Assembly (NCBI GenBank): GCA_005191425.1
Contig: SUPR01000032.1
Coordinates: 3,494-35,493, forward strand
Direction of reading: 5' to 3'
Source: Candidatus Helarchaeota ASGARD archaeon Hel_GB_B
GTDB taxonomy: Archaea; Asgardarchaeota; Lokiarchaeia; Helarchaeales; HEL-GB-B
DNA: 32,000 nt
Part shown: in pieces, positions 17,598-26,029 of the stretch
Layout: the number at the start of each line of letters is the position of its first letter
Position numbering within the stretch: position 1 is the stretch's first letter
The notes under the pieces: generated by a model
Database searches by the model: none
What the model saw: only the letters and a program-made list of their open reading frames with translations
Told to the model about the DNA's origin: nothing
Translations under genes and position numbers: made by a program

Positions 17598-19646
17598 TTG
17601 GATGGTATCTTTTTGAAGGAAACTATTTCATCTTTTGATCTTGCAGCTATTATATCTGAAATTCAAGAAGAATGTATTGGCGCTATCATTAATAATGTAT
17701 ATCAAATAGATAATATATTTATTCTTAAACTAAAAACAAGGTCAAGGACCATAAATCTATTAATTGAGCCTGCTAAACGAATACACACGACTGAATATCA
17801 ACGAATTAAACCAAAATTTCCACCAAAATTTTGTATGACTTTAAGAAAATATTTGCGTAGAAAAGTGATTATTAAATTTAAACAATATAAATTTGATAGA
17901 GTCTTGATAATTGAAGTTGCAAGAAGACATAAAAACCATGAAACAAGGGAAATTGAATATTCTGAAAAAAATTTTCTAATATGTGAATTCTTTAATAGGG
18001 GTATGTTATTTTTATTAAATGAAATGGAAAATGTAATAATTGCAAATAAATATACTGTATTAAAAGACCGCCGAATAATTCCTAATCGTAAATTTGAATT
18101 TGCTCCCGTTCGAGGTTTAAATCTTTATGAATTTAAATATGAAGAGTTGCTGGAATTAAGCAATAAATCAAACAAATCTGTCGTAAATTTTCTAGCATCT
18201 GAGGTTGGTATTGGAGGGAAATATGCTACAGAATGTTGTCTAAGGCTGGATATAAATAAGAAGGAAACGATAAATAAGTTAGATAGCCAAAAAATTAAAG
18301 AAATATATTTATTATTAAAAAGCTTTATTGATAAAATAGTTAATAATAAAATTAATCCTAGAATTATTTATGAAAATAACTCTGCAATTGGTTTTGAACC
18401 ATTTGAATTAATGGTAGATAAACAATTCAAAGCCAAAATTAAAGATAATTATAACTCTTTATTAGATGATTTTTTCAGTAAAAACGAACACCTTGAAACG
18501 GTCGAAACTGAAATTGATAAAACCAGTTCTAAAATATCTAAACAAGAAAAAATTATTCAGTTTCAAAAAGAAACAATAAAGAAACTCGAAAAAAAAGTGA
18601 TAGATTATAAGGAATTTGGAGACCTAACATATCAATATCTGAATGTGATCCAAGATGTCCTCAATTCTTTTAAGGCTGCTCGAGATAAGGGTTATTCTTG
18701 GTCTGAAATTAAGGAACAAATTAAAAATGCAAAAAAACAAAAAAATTTTCCTTTAATAAATTATATTGCAGATATTAAACCATCAGAAAGTATAGTTGTA
18801 TTTAAATTCGGAGAAAAATTAATACCTATAAATTTTAGAGAGACTCCTCAAAAAAATGCTAATGAATTTTATACTACTTCAAAAAAGTCCCAAAAAAAAA
18901 TCGAAGGTGCTAAAAAAGCACTTGAATTATCTCTCAAAAATTTAGAAAAATCTAAAATAGAAAAAGAAGTTGTATCAACTTCCTTTAAACAAATAATTAA
19001 AAAACGAAAATTAAAATGGTATGAAAAATATCATTGGTTTAACTCGAGTGATAATTTTTTAGTAATTGGTGGTCGCGACTTAAAAACTAATGAAATTTTG
19101 TTTAGAAAATATCTGGATAAAGACGATTTATTTTTACATGCTGATATAAGAGGCTCACCAGCTGTAATAATAAAAAATAAAAGGGGTAAAATCCCTGAAA
19201 ATACAATTATTGAAGCTGCTCAATTTACTGTTATCTATTCAAGTGCATGGAAATCAAAATATATGAGTGCTGATGCTTATTGGGTAAATAAAAATCAAGT
19301 AAGTCAAGCTCCCCCTACTGGTCAATATTTACCAAAAGGGTCTTTTATGATCCGGGGTAAAAAAAATTACATTAAAAATTTATCTTTAAAATTAGCAATT
19401 GGGCTACTAGAAGAAAACTCAGAATTTATTCCAATCGCAGGTCCAATTAATGCGGTCAAAAAACAAACTACTATATATCTAAAAATTAAACCTGGTAATA
19501 AAAAAAGGTCTGAAATAGCCAAAGAAATTAAAAAATTTTTTATAGAAAATGTTAAAGATGCGATAAAAAAAGATAAAATTAGGCAAATTTCATTGGACGA
19601 AATTATCCGAATTTTACCTGGAGAAGCCGAAATAATCGGACAATAA
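17598..19646 (+). CDS. rqcH: ribosome quality-control factor Rqc2/RqcH/NEMF (NFACT family)
   Basis: TTG start. SSFDL..IISE, F.M.LRKYL, QYKFDR, long coiled coil, then NFACT-R (WYEKYHWF.SSD.FLVIGGRD..NE, HADI.GSP, QV...PPTGQYLPKGSFMIRGKKNY). Confidence 0.93.
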   Translation: MDGIFLKETISSFDLAAIISEIQEECIGAIINNVYQIDNIFILKLKTRSRTINLLIEPAKRIHTTEYQRIKPKFPPKFCMTLRKYLRRKVIIKFKQYKFDRVLIIEVARRHKNHETREIEYSEKNFLICEFFNRGMLFLLNEMENVIIANKYTVLKDRRIIPNRKFEFAPVRGLNLYEFKYEELLELSNKSNKSVVNFLASEVGIGGKYATECCLRLDINKKETINKLDSQKIKEIYLLLKSFIDKIVNNKINPRIIYENNSAIGFEPFELMVDKQFKAKIKDNYNSLLDDFFSKNEHLETVETEIDKTSSKISKQEKIIQFQKETIKKLEKKVIDYKEFGDLTYQYLNVIQDVLNSFKAARDKGYSWSEIKEQIKNAKKQKNFPLINYIADIKPSESIVVFKFGEKLIPINFRETPQKNANEFYTTSKKSQKKIEGAKKALELSLKNLEKSKIEKEVVSTSFKQIIKKRKLKWYEKYHWFNSSDNFLVIGGRDLKTNEILFRKYLDKDDLFLHADIRGSPAVIIKNKRGKIPENTIIEAAQFTVIYSSAWKSKYMSADAYWVNKNQVSQAPPTGQYLPKGSFMIRGKKNYIKNLSLKLAIGLLEENSEFIPIAGPINAVKKQTTIYLKIKPGNKKRSEIAKEIKKFFIENVKDAIKKDKIRQISLDEIIRILPGEAEIIGQ

Positions 19647-19698
19647 ATTTTTACATATTAAATATATTTGATAAGGTTATTATAAGGAGAGAAAAAAA

Positions 19699-21216
19699 AT
19701 GGATTTGATTTCTGTAGATGATATGAAAATTGTAGACGAAAATTCGACATATCTTGGCGTTCATTCCTCTTTATTAATGGAAAATGCTGGAAATGGTGTC
19801 AGCAGAGTAGTCCAATCACAATTAGATTCAAAAAGTAAAAATAAAATTGTTGTATTCGCCGGTACTGGAAATAATGGTGGTGATGGTTTTGTTGCTGCGA
19901 GACATCTTGCAGGAAATCCCTTAAATGAAGTTAAAGTGTTTTTAGTAGGAAATCCCGATAAAATACGGACAAATGACGCAAAATCAAATTGGAATGCAAT
20001 ATTATCAATGGATTCAATAGAAAAATTACAAATTCATGATTCATCAGAAATAGAACTTTATTTTGAAAAATTTCAAGAAGCCGACATAATCGTAGATGCA
20101 CTTTTAGGAACAGGTATCTATGGAAAAATACGGGAGCCAATTGCTTCAATCATTAAATATATTAATAAACTTGACGTAAAAAAAGTTTCTATTGATATCC
20201 CATCAGGAATGAACCCAGAAACAGGAAAAGTTACTGATATATGCGTAAAGGCTGATGTTACAGTTACATTTCATAAAGCTAAACCCGGCTTGTTAAAGAA
20301 CGACCAAAAAATTGGAAAATTAGAAATAGTTTCGATTGGTATTCCTCCAGAAGCTGAATATATTGCTGGACCTGGTGATCTAAGATTTGTTGCAAAAAAA
20401 AGAAAGATAAATAGCCATAAAGGCGATTTCGGAAAAGTCCTTGTAATTGGTGGGAGTGATCAATATTGCGGCGCGCCAGCTATTGCGAGTTTAGCAGCTC
20501 TTAAAACAGGATCCGACCTTGTTATCATTGTGGCACCAAAAAGTATTGCAACTCCTTTAAGATCTTATTCTCCAAATCTAATCGTGAGAGATTATCCAGA
20601 TAATTTTTTAACACCCGAAATAATCACTGAAATTAAAAAATATATCGAATGGGCAAGCTCAATAATTATTGGCCCAGGATTAGGACTAAGGGAAGAAACT
20701 GTCAAAGCTGTTAATCAAATCATCGAATTAATTAAAATTAAAAAAAGACCCATTTTAATTGATGCTGATGCAATAAAATCAATTGCTGATAATAAAAATA
20801 TCCTTAAAGGAACCCAAACAGTTATTACTCCTCATTTAGGTGAATTTAAGATTTTTACTAAAAATAAAGTGATTTTACCAGAGAATATTTTAGAAAGAGC
20901 AAAAATTGTAAACAAATTAGCTAAAGAATACAATACTACAATTCTTTTAAAGGGTAATTTTGATATAATAGCAAATGGAGCTCGTTTTAAAATTAATAAA
21001 ACAGGTACTCCTGCTATGACTGTTGGGGGGACTGGCGATTGTTTATCAGGTATCATTGGCAGTCTATTAGGTAGAAAAATAAGCCCATTTCGATCCGCTG
21101 TTGCAGGTGCATTTCTTTGTGGAAAAGCTGGCGAATTAGCAGAAAAAGAAGCAAATGGACCACATATTTTAGCAACGGATTTATTAAAATATATTTCATT
21201 TCAAAATTTCTTATAA
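19699..21216 (+). CDS. nnr: bifunctional NAD(P)HX epimerase/dehydratase
   Basis: YjeF-N (LMENAG, G.GNNGGDG...ARHL, DALLGTG, DIPSG) fused to YjeF-C (SHKGDFG, IGPGLG, DADA, ITPH.GEF, GGTGD). Confidence 0.95.
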   Translation: MDLISVDDMKIVDENSTYLGVHSSLLMENAGNGVSRVVQSQLDSKSKNKIVVFAGTGNNGGDGFVAARHLAGNPLNEVKVFLVGNPDKIRTNDAKSNWNAILSMDSIEKLQIHDSSEIELYFEKFQEADIIVDALLGTGIYGKIREPIASIIKYINKLDVKKVSIDIPSGMNPETGKVTDICVKADVTVTFHKAKPGLLKNDQKIGKLEIVSIGIPPEAEYIAGPGDLRFVAKKRKINSHKGDFGKVLVIGGSDQYCGAPAIASLAALKTGSDLVIIVAPKSIATPLRSYSPNLIVRDYPDNFLTPEIITEIKKYIEWASSIIIGPGLGLREETVKAVNQIIELIKIKKRPILIDADAIKSIADNKNILKGTQTVITPHLGEFKIFTKNKVILPENILERAKIVNKLAKEYNTTILLKGNFDIIANGARFKINKTGTPAMTVGGTGDCLSGIIGSLLGRKISPFRSAVAGAFLCGKAGELAEKEANGPHILATDLLKYISFQNFL

Positions 21217-21305
21217 TTTGAAAATAAAAAAAACATTAAATATGGAAAAAAATATATTATTATCAGACAAATAAATTTTAAAAAATAATAAATTAGGTTA
21301 TAAAA

Positions 21306-22178
21306 GTGGTAGATTCTAGCGTTGAAGTGTTGGAGATTAATGATGATGGGACTTCTACTGAAATTTCAATAACTGGTGCAATTAAAGACCATTTATCAAG
21401 CGATAAAGTAGTATTAATCATTAATGATAGAAAAAAAATAATATGGATTTGGAAAGGTGTAAATGCAAGAGTAAGAAAAAAGTTCATCGCGGCAAGACAA
21501 GCCCAAGAAATCAAAGGAAATAGGGGTTTAACTTATAAAATTGATAGTATTGAACACGGTGAAGAACCAAAAGAATTCATAAAACTGATTGGTGGTAAAA
21601 TACCAATGGAGGAAATATCTACTACAAAAGATGTTAATGAAATTATTGAAGAAAGTCAAATAATTAAACCAAAATATACTGATACAAGAAATTCAGCAGT
21701 TTCTGGTTTAAATAAACCCATAAATAAAGAAGAATTTTTCCAACCTGCGGCTCCAATAATTCGACAACATACTTCTTCTCCTACAGTTCAACAACCAATA
21801 AGTACGCAATCCACACAACCTTCAACTCCCTCACCAGTAATAAAACAAGACAGAACTGCCGAAGTTTTATCTGAGATAGAATCAATGCCTGTTCCAGAAG
21901 GATATAAACGCGAATTGATTATTATTGGAAATGATGCATTTAGTCTTGTTGAAATAAAAAAATCTTTTATGGGAAAAGAAAAAATCGAATATAAACTAGA
22001 TAAAACTGATACCCCTGATGGCGATTTTTTAGGTATAGATTACACACCAAGAACAATTGTCAGAAATGGTGAAATTATTGCCATAGAATTATTAAAATCA
22101 CTTGAAAAACCTATAAGTAATCAATCTTCCCTTAATATGACCGTTAAGGCATTAAAAATTAAAATTTACAAACCATAG
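21306..22178 (+). CDS. Asgard gelsolin-domain protein with C-terminal extra domain (1DGelX-like)
   Basis: GTG start. Gelsolin-homology core (DKVVLII, IWIWKG..A.VRKKFIAARQA, KIDSIEHGEEPKEF), a P/Q/S/T-rich linker, then a beta-rich domain (P.PEGYKRE...YTPR...NG). Confidence 0.82.
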   Translation: MVDSSVEVLEINDDGTSTEISITGAIKDHLSSDKVVLIINDRKKIIWIWKGVNARVRKKFIAARQAQEIKGNRGLTYKIDSIEHGEEPKEFIKLIGGKIPMEEISTTKDVNEIIEESQIIKPKYTDTRNSAVSGLNKPINKEEFFQPAAPIIRQHTSSPTVQQPISTQSTQPSTPSPVIKQDRTAEVLSEIESMPVPEGYKRELIIIGNDAFSLVEIKKSFMGKEKIEYKLDKTDTPDGDFLGIDYTPRTIVRNGEIIAIELLKSLEKPISNQSSLNMTVKALKIKIYKP

Positions 22179-22200
22179 AAATTGTAAAGGTAGAATTAAA

Positions 22201-22389
22201 ATGTCTCAATGGATGGAATATGCAGAAAAAAAAGGAGATTATTTATGTGAACTAGCTGATGAACATATCAGGTGTAAAGAACCTGATAAAGCAAAAGATT
22301 TACTAGGTAAGGCTATTGGGTGGTACAAAAAAGCCGGATTAACCGATAAAATTGAAAAAGTTAAAAAAATTTTAAAAGAACTAAGTTAA
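22201..22389 (+). CDS. small helical protein (single TPR-like hairpin)
   Basis: 62 aa, 22 bp after the gelsolin gene on the same strand, preceded by AAGGTAG. The pattern A..LL.KA..WY.KAG is TPR/SNAP-like. Confidence 0.6.
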   Translation: MSQWMEYAEKKGDYLCELADEHIRCKEPDKAKDLLGKAIGWYKKAGLTDKIEKVKKILKELS

Positions 22390-22820
22390 ATTGTTATTTT
22401 TTTTACGTTAACTATTTTCAAATTCTAAAGAAACATCATATAAATTTTAGACTTTAATTGGTTAATTTAATTCTTAAACGAATGAATTATAGGTAAAAAA
22501 TTATTAAATAGATTTTTATTATCTATCTATTATCATTTTTTGATATAATAATGATGTGTAATTAAAATTTTTGAATGTTATTATAACTAATTTTAAAAAA
22601 AATAGTATAAAATTTAAAAAATTACCTATAAAATCTAATATATTGTAATTTGAAAATTAGTCCGTAGATTACAAATTCATTAAGTAAAATATTTTTATAG
22701 AATTGTATATTTAACTTTAATCGGTATGTTCTATTATATTACATATTTAAAATTATAAATAGAAATTATTAAATTAAGAAGTAAATATTTAATAAGTTAA
22801 TACAAGATGATGATCAAAAA

Positions 22821-23750
22821 ATGTCATTAACTGAAGATCAAATTCATACATTACAGAAATTATTGTCAAATCTTGAGAGTCATACTGAGTTAGAAGCAAC
22901 AGCAGTTGTTACAATTGAAGGTATGCGAATTGCATGTGCTGTTTCTGGCGATCTAGATGCTGATGTATATTCGGCTGCCTCTGCAGCATTAGTTAATTTG
23001 GGGGAAACTACTTTAAAACAATTAAATCATGGGTCACTTAAAGAAATAATTGTTCGTGGCGATGATGGATATACAATTTTGACCAGAGCTGGGGAATCAT
23101 ACATGGTCGTTGGGTCATGTAAAATTGGGTCTAGAATGGGTTATTATTTAGCATTATTACATAGATTTTGTAAGAAGGTTGAAAATATAGTTAAAGGCGA
23201 GGGTGTTTCTGCTCCTGCTCCTACCCCTGCCCCCACACCACAAATATCCCCACCTGTCCAGCAGCATGTAGTATCCAATCCTTCACCAACGCCTGAATAT
23301 TCAGCTTCGCAACCAACAAATATTTTACCTTCGACATCTAAAGATAAAGCTGCAATTGAATCAGCTCTAGATGCTTTATCAATGTTAGAAGAAACTGAAC
23401 CCCCTGAATCTATTTCATCGCAACCTCCTGAACTTGCATCTGCCCCCTCTCAACCACTTATAGAAAATTTTGGTGATTCCACAGGTTTAGAAGATGCATT
23501 AAAGACTTTAGGGGCAGTTGAAGACCAATCTTCTGCTCCCAAAGTTGATATAAATACTGATGCATTAGTTGATGCTCTTCGACCTTCTACACCAGTAAAA
23601 GAGCCTGAACCTTCTTCTTCCCCGCCATTTGTCCCCTCACAGAGTGTATGTTCATCTTCTTCGTCAGATGATATTTTTAATATTTCTGATAAAGAAGCAG
23701 TACTAGAAGCACTAAAAGTATTGGGATGGGAAGAAGATGAGAATGAGTAA
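22821..23750 (+). CDS. roadblock/LC7 (MglB-like) domain protein with ~185-aa low-complexity tail
   Basis: aa 1-125 show the roadblock pattern (AVVTIEGMRIA, SAASAALVNLGE..L.QL.HG.L.EIIVRG.DG..IL..AG). The remainder is P/S/A/E-rich with repeated AL..L motifs. Confidence 0.88.
   Translation: MSLTEDQIHTLQKLLSNLESHTELEATAVVTIEGMRIACAVSGDLDADVYSAASAALVNLGETTLKQLNHGSLKEIIVRGDDGYTILTRAGESYMVVGSCKIGSRMGYYLALLHRFCKKVENIVKGEGVSAPAPTPAPTPQISPPVQQHVVSNPSPTPEYSASQPTNILPSTSKDKAAIESALDALSMLEETEPPESISSQPPELASAPSQPLIENFGDSTGLEDALKTLGAVEDQSSAPKVDINTDALVDALRPSTPVKEPEPSSSPPFVPSQSVCSSSSSDDIFNISDKEAVLEALKVLGWEEDENE
23211..23240 (+). repeat. imperfect 6-bp coding microrepeat encoding APAPTPAPTP
   Basis: gctcct gctcct acccct gccccc acacca, directly after the roadblock domain. 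Confidence 0.5.
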
Positions 23751-23801
23751 CCCAATTTATAGATTAAAAAGATCAAAATTTTAAATTTATACATTAATTT
23801 A

Positions 23802-24530
23802 TTAAATTTCACCACTGGGCAAAACAATTAAACCTTTATCACTTATTTCAAAGGGATATCTCTTTAATGAATGAGAAGTACCTCTCATTTTTCTAACTAA
23901 TATCGAGCGTCTTAGCTCTGCTGATTCCTCTCGCAAATCTAATTGAATAACTCCTTGTGTTATGAATTCTTCAATTCTGAAACGAGTATAATTATCTGGC
24001 CCGATCATTTCACAAGTCATTAAAGAAGTACAATTAATTTCTCTTAATAAGGCACTTAACCTAAATATTGCAGCTCTTAAGGAGGATTCTCCCTCATATT
24101 GTACTTCAAGCCCGCTAATTGAATCAATTACTATCCTCTTAGCATTTAATTCTTTTGAGGCTCTATAAATCTCTTGAGCTAATGTATTAACATCAAATCC
24201 ACGGTGTAATGCGTACTTTTCATTTGTTGGAAGTCCTGCTTTACTCGATGCTGCATCAACAATTGCAAATTTGTTTTCATTTTCTAATTTACGTAAATCC
24301 CAGCCAAAATTTAAAGCTTCTCTTCTTAATTCGTCAGGTCTTTCTTCTAATGTTACAAGAATTCCTGGCTCATTAAATTCTATTGCTCCCTTTACCAAAA
24401 ATTCCATTGAAAATATAGTTTTTCCGGTACCTGTACCCCCAGCAACTAAAATACAAGTACCTCTTAAAAGTCCGCCCCCTAATATTTCATCTAATCCATC
24501 AATTCCGCTGTTAATACGTTCAACTCCCAT
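23802..24530 (-). CDS. single-domain KaiC/RAD55-family RecA-type ATPase
   Basis: SGI.GLD.ILGGG, Walker A GGTGTGKT, LEE, Walker B RIVIDS, and KMRGT.H....PFEI...G. Confidence 0.92.
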   Translation of the reverse strand: MGVERINSGIDGLDEILGGGLLRGTCILVAGGTGTGKTIFSMEFLVKGAIEFNEPGILVTLEERPDELRREALNFGWDLRKLENENKFAIVDAASSKAGLPTNEKYALHRGFDVNTLAQEIYRASKELNAKRIVIDSISGLEVQYEGESSLRAAIFRLSALLREINCTSLMTCEMIGPDNYTRFRIEEFITQGVIQLDLREESAELRRSILVRKMRGTSHSLKRYPFEISDKGLIVLPSGEI

Positions 24531-24534
24531 AATA

Positions 24535-24539
24535 TCACC
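24535..24539 (-). promoter_or_regulatory. archaeal Shine-Dalgarno GGTGA for the KaiC-like gene
   Basis: GGTGA lies 4 nt upstream of the ATG at 24530, in the 15-bp gap after the Lrp stop. Confidence 0.6.
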
Positions 24540-24545
24540 ATATAA

Positions 24546-25025
24546 TTACAATGATTCTAAATTTAAAAATTCATCTCCTTTTAGAATTTCAAGTTCATCA
24601 TATTCTATTTTAATTATATCTGGATCTCTTTCTAAATTTTTTACTATCTTATTTAATTCTTCTTCGTTTTTTACCTTAATTAGTCCTATAATTGTTACTT
24701 TATCTTCTAAAATCCCAATGAAATTAAATTGTTCACTCAATTCTTTACCTAACATCCTTGCTTTTTTAATAGACGCATCAGCTATAATATGTCCACCAAC
24801 CTTCAATTTAATCATAAATGTACGGTTTTTTTCATAATCTTCAATGATAACCGTAAATTTTTTAATAATACCGCGTTCCTTCATCTTCTTAACATGAAAA
24901 TGTAATGTTGTGTCTGGTATTCCTAATTGTTTGGCCAATTTAGTATAAGGAATTCTACTATCTTCTTTTAATCCTTTTAATATTTTCTTGTCTAATTCAG
25001 ATAATGTATATACCATCCAATTCAC
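24546..25025 (-). CDS. Lrp/AsnC-family transcriptional regulator
   Basis: LSELDKKIL..L..DSRIPY..LAK.LGI...T....VKKM...GIIKKF helix-turn-helix with a C-terminal RAM-like domain. The start may be the ATG at 25016. Confidence 0.9.
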   Translation of the reverse strand: MNWMVYTLSELDKKILKGLKEDSRIPYTKLAKQLGIPDTTLHFHVKKMKERGIIKKFTVIIEDYEKNRTFMIKLKVGGHIIADASIKKARMLGKELSEQFNFIGILEDKVTIIGLIKVKNEEELNKIVKNLERDPDIIKIEYDELEILKGDEFLNLESL

Positions 25026-25198
25026 TGAAAACCTTTAGAAGATTAATTGAATGACTTTATTGATATTCCTATATTATAATATTTTATTTTAATCTTATTA
25101 TTTTTTATTAAAAAAATAATCAAAATAGATATTAAAAAAATAATGAATTTATTGAAATAATTTTTGGATATCTGTCATTTATTTTTATGAACATTCCA

Positions 25199-25537
25199 TC
25201 AATCTTCTATTTTAAATAGTAGATTCAACAAAAATTTGTATCCTTTTTTAACGAATATTATAAAACCTATTGATAAGAAAAATAATCCTGCAAATATTGA
25301 AAAAATGAGCAGTATTTGGATACCCATTTTAAGCTCTAAGAAAAACGTGAAGAAATTAGTATTTCCAGAATACGAAAAGAATATCTCTATAAGGCTCCAT
25401 AGACCGCCAAAAATAATCACAATTAATGATATCATGATACCCCAGCTTATAAATTTTGCAGTTAATTTTTCTGTAGTAGTCCACTGTATTTTTAATTGTG
25501 GGACTTCATATTCATCTTCTTTATTTTCATTATTCAA
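25199..25537 (-). CDS. small membrane protein, paralogue B of a tandem pair
   Basis: Start reassigned from 25600 to the in-frame TTG at 25537, which follows GGTGAGG and overlaps the upstream stop (TTGAATAA). Two hydrophobic segments ending in KKGY. Confidence 0.7.
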   Translation of the reverse strand: MNNENKEDEYEVPQLKIQWTTTEKLTAKFISWGIMISLIVIIFGGLWSLIEIFFSYSGNTNFFTFFLELKMGIQILLIFSIFAGLFFLSIGFIIFVKKGYKFLLNLLFKIED

Positions 25538-25865
25538 TTTCCTCACCAAATAACCATTTATAAAATTGACTTCTTCCTTTTTTCCAAATATAAATTGCAA
25601 TTGTTAGTCCTACGAAAAAGCAACCCATTAATGTCCCAAAAATTAGTATTTTAAGTCCCCACGGGCATGCACCTGTTATTGTAAATGGGTCAGAGAAATA
25701 CCACATCCACTTGGTCGAAAAGCCGGATGGAATGGGGATAAGTTCGACCAATGAATATAGGACACCTATGTAAATTCCAAGAAATAGTATAATGATGATA
25801 AAAGTTAATATAGCTATTATCCTTTTTCTATTTTTTAATTTTTTATCTATAGTCATAATATTCAC
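25530..25865 (-). CDS. small membrane protein, paralogue A of a tandem pair
   Basis: Basic N-terminus (KKLKNRKR), two hydrophobic segments, C-terminal WKKGR. The start could be the ATG at 25856. Confidence 0.7.
   Translation of the reverse strand: MNIMTIDKKLKNRKRIIAILTFIIIILFLGIYIGVLYSLVELIPIPSGFSTKWMWYFSDPFTITGACPWGLKILIFGTLMGCFFVGLTIAIYIWKKGRSQFYKWLFGEEIE
25541..25547 (-). promoter_or_regulatory. Shine-Dalgarno GGTGAGG embedded in the end of the upstream gene
   Basis: GGTGAGG-AAA-TTG, consistent with translational coupling. Confidence 0.6.
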
Positions 25866-26029
25866 ATTAATAATGATTAATTAATTGAATATTAATAAAT
25901 CTTATAATTTTTATTTATTTAAAAATTTAAGTTTTTAAAAAAGTGGTTAATTGAGTAAAATTTAACATTGAAAAAGAAAAAAACAAATAAAATTAAATGC
26001 TATTCAAGAAAAAAAAGAAAATTTTATTA

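Noticed and set aside
3226-21216. Dispersed nucleotide-repair theme (ARH, Nudix, Nnr) and resemblance to the E. coli yegS/yegT/yegU neighbourhood
   Set aside because: The genes are far apart or on different strands, so nothing supports a shared unit.
22390-22820. 431-bp extremely AT-rich gap with a 10-bp inverted repeat (TTATAGGTAA ~22486 / TTACCTATAA ~22622); considered as origin, ncRNA or MITE
   Set aside because: No orc1/cdc6 neighbour, no ORB-like G-string repeats, no GC-paired stems and no target duplication. A 10-bp match is expected by chance at this AT content. It is probably the roadblock gene's promoter region.
23802-24530. Circadian clock KaiC
   Set aside because: Single RecA domain of 242 aa with no kaiA/kaiB. 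This is the widespread archaeal KaiC-like class.
22821-24530. Roadblock plus ATPase as an MglAB-like operon
   Set aside because: The genes are convergent, and the ATPase is RecA-fold rather than a small GTPase. No GTPase gene is in the window.
25538-25600. Track start at 25600 for the small membrane protein
   Set aside because: It would overlap the upstream gene by 71 nt. TTG 25537 has a strong SD and aligns better with its paralogue.
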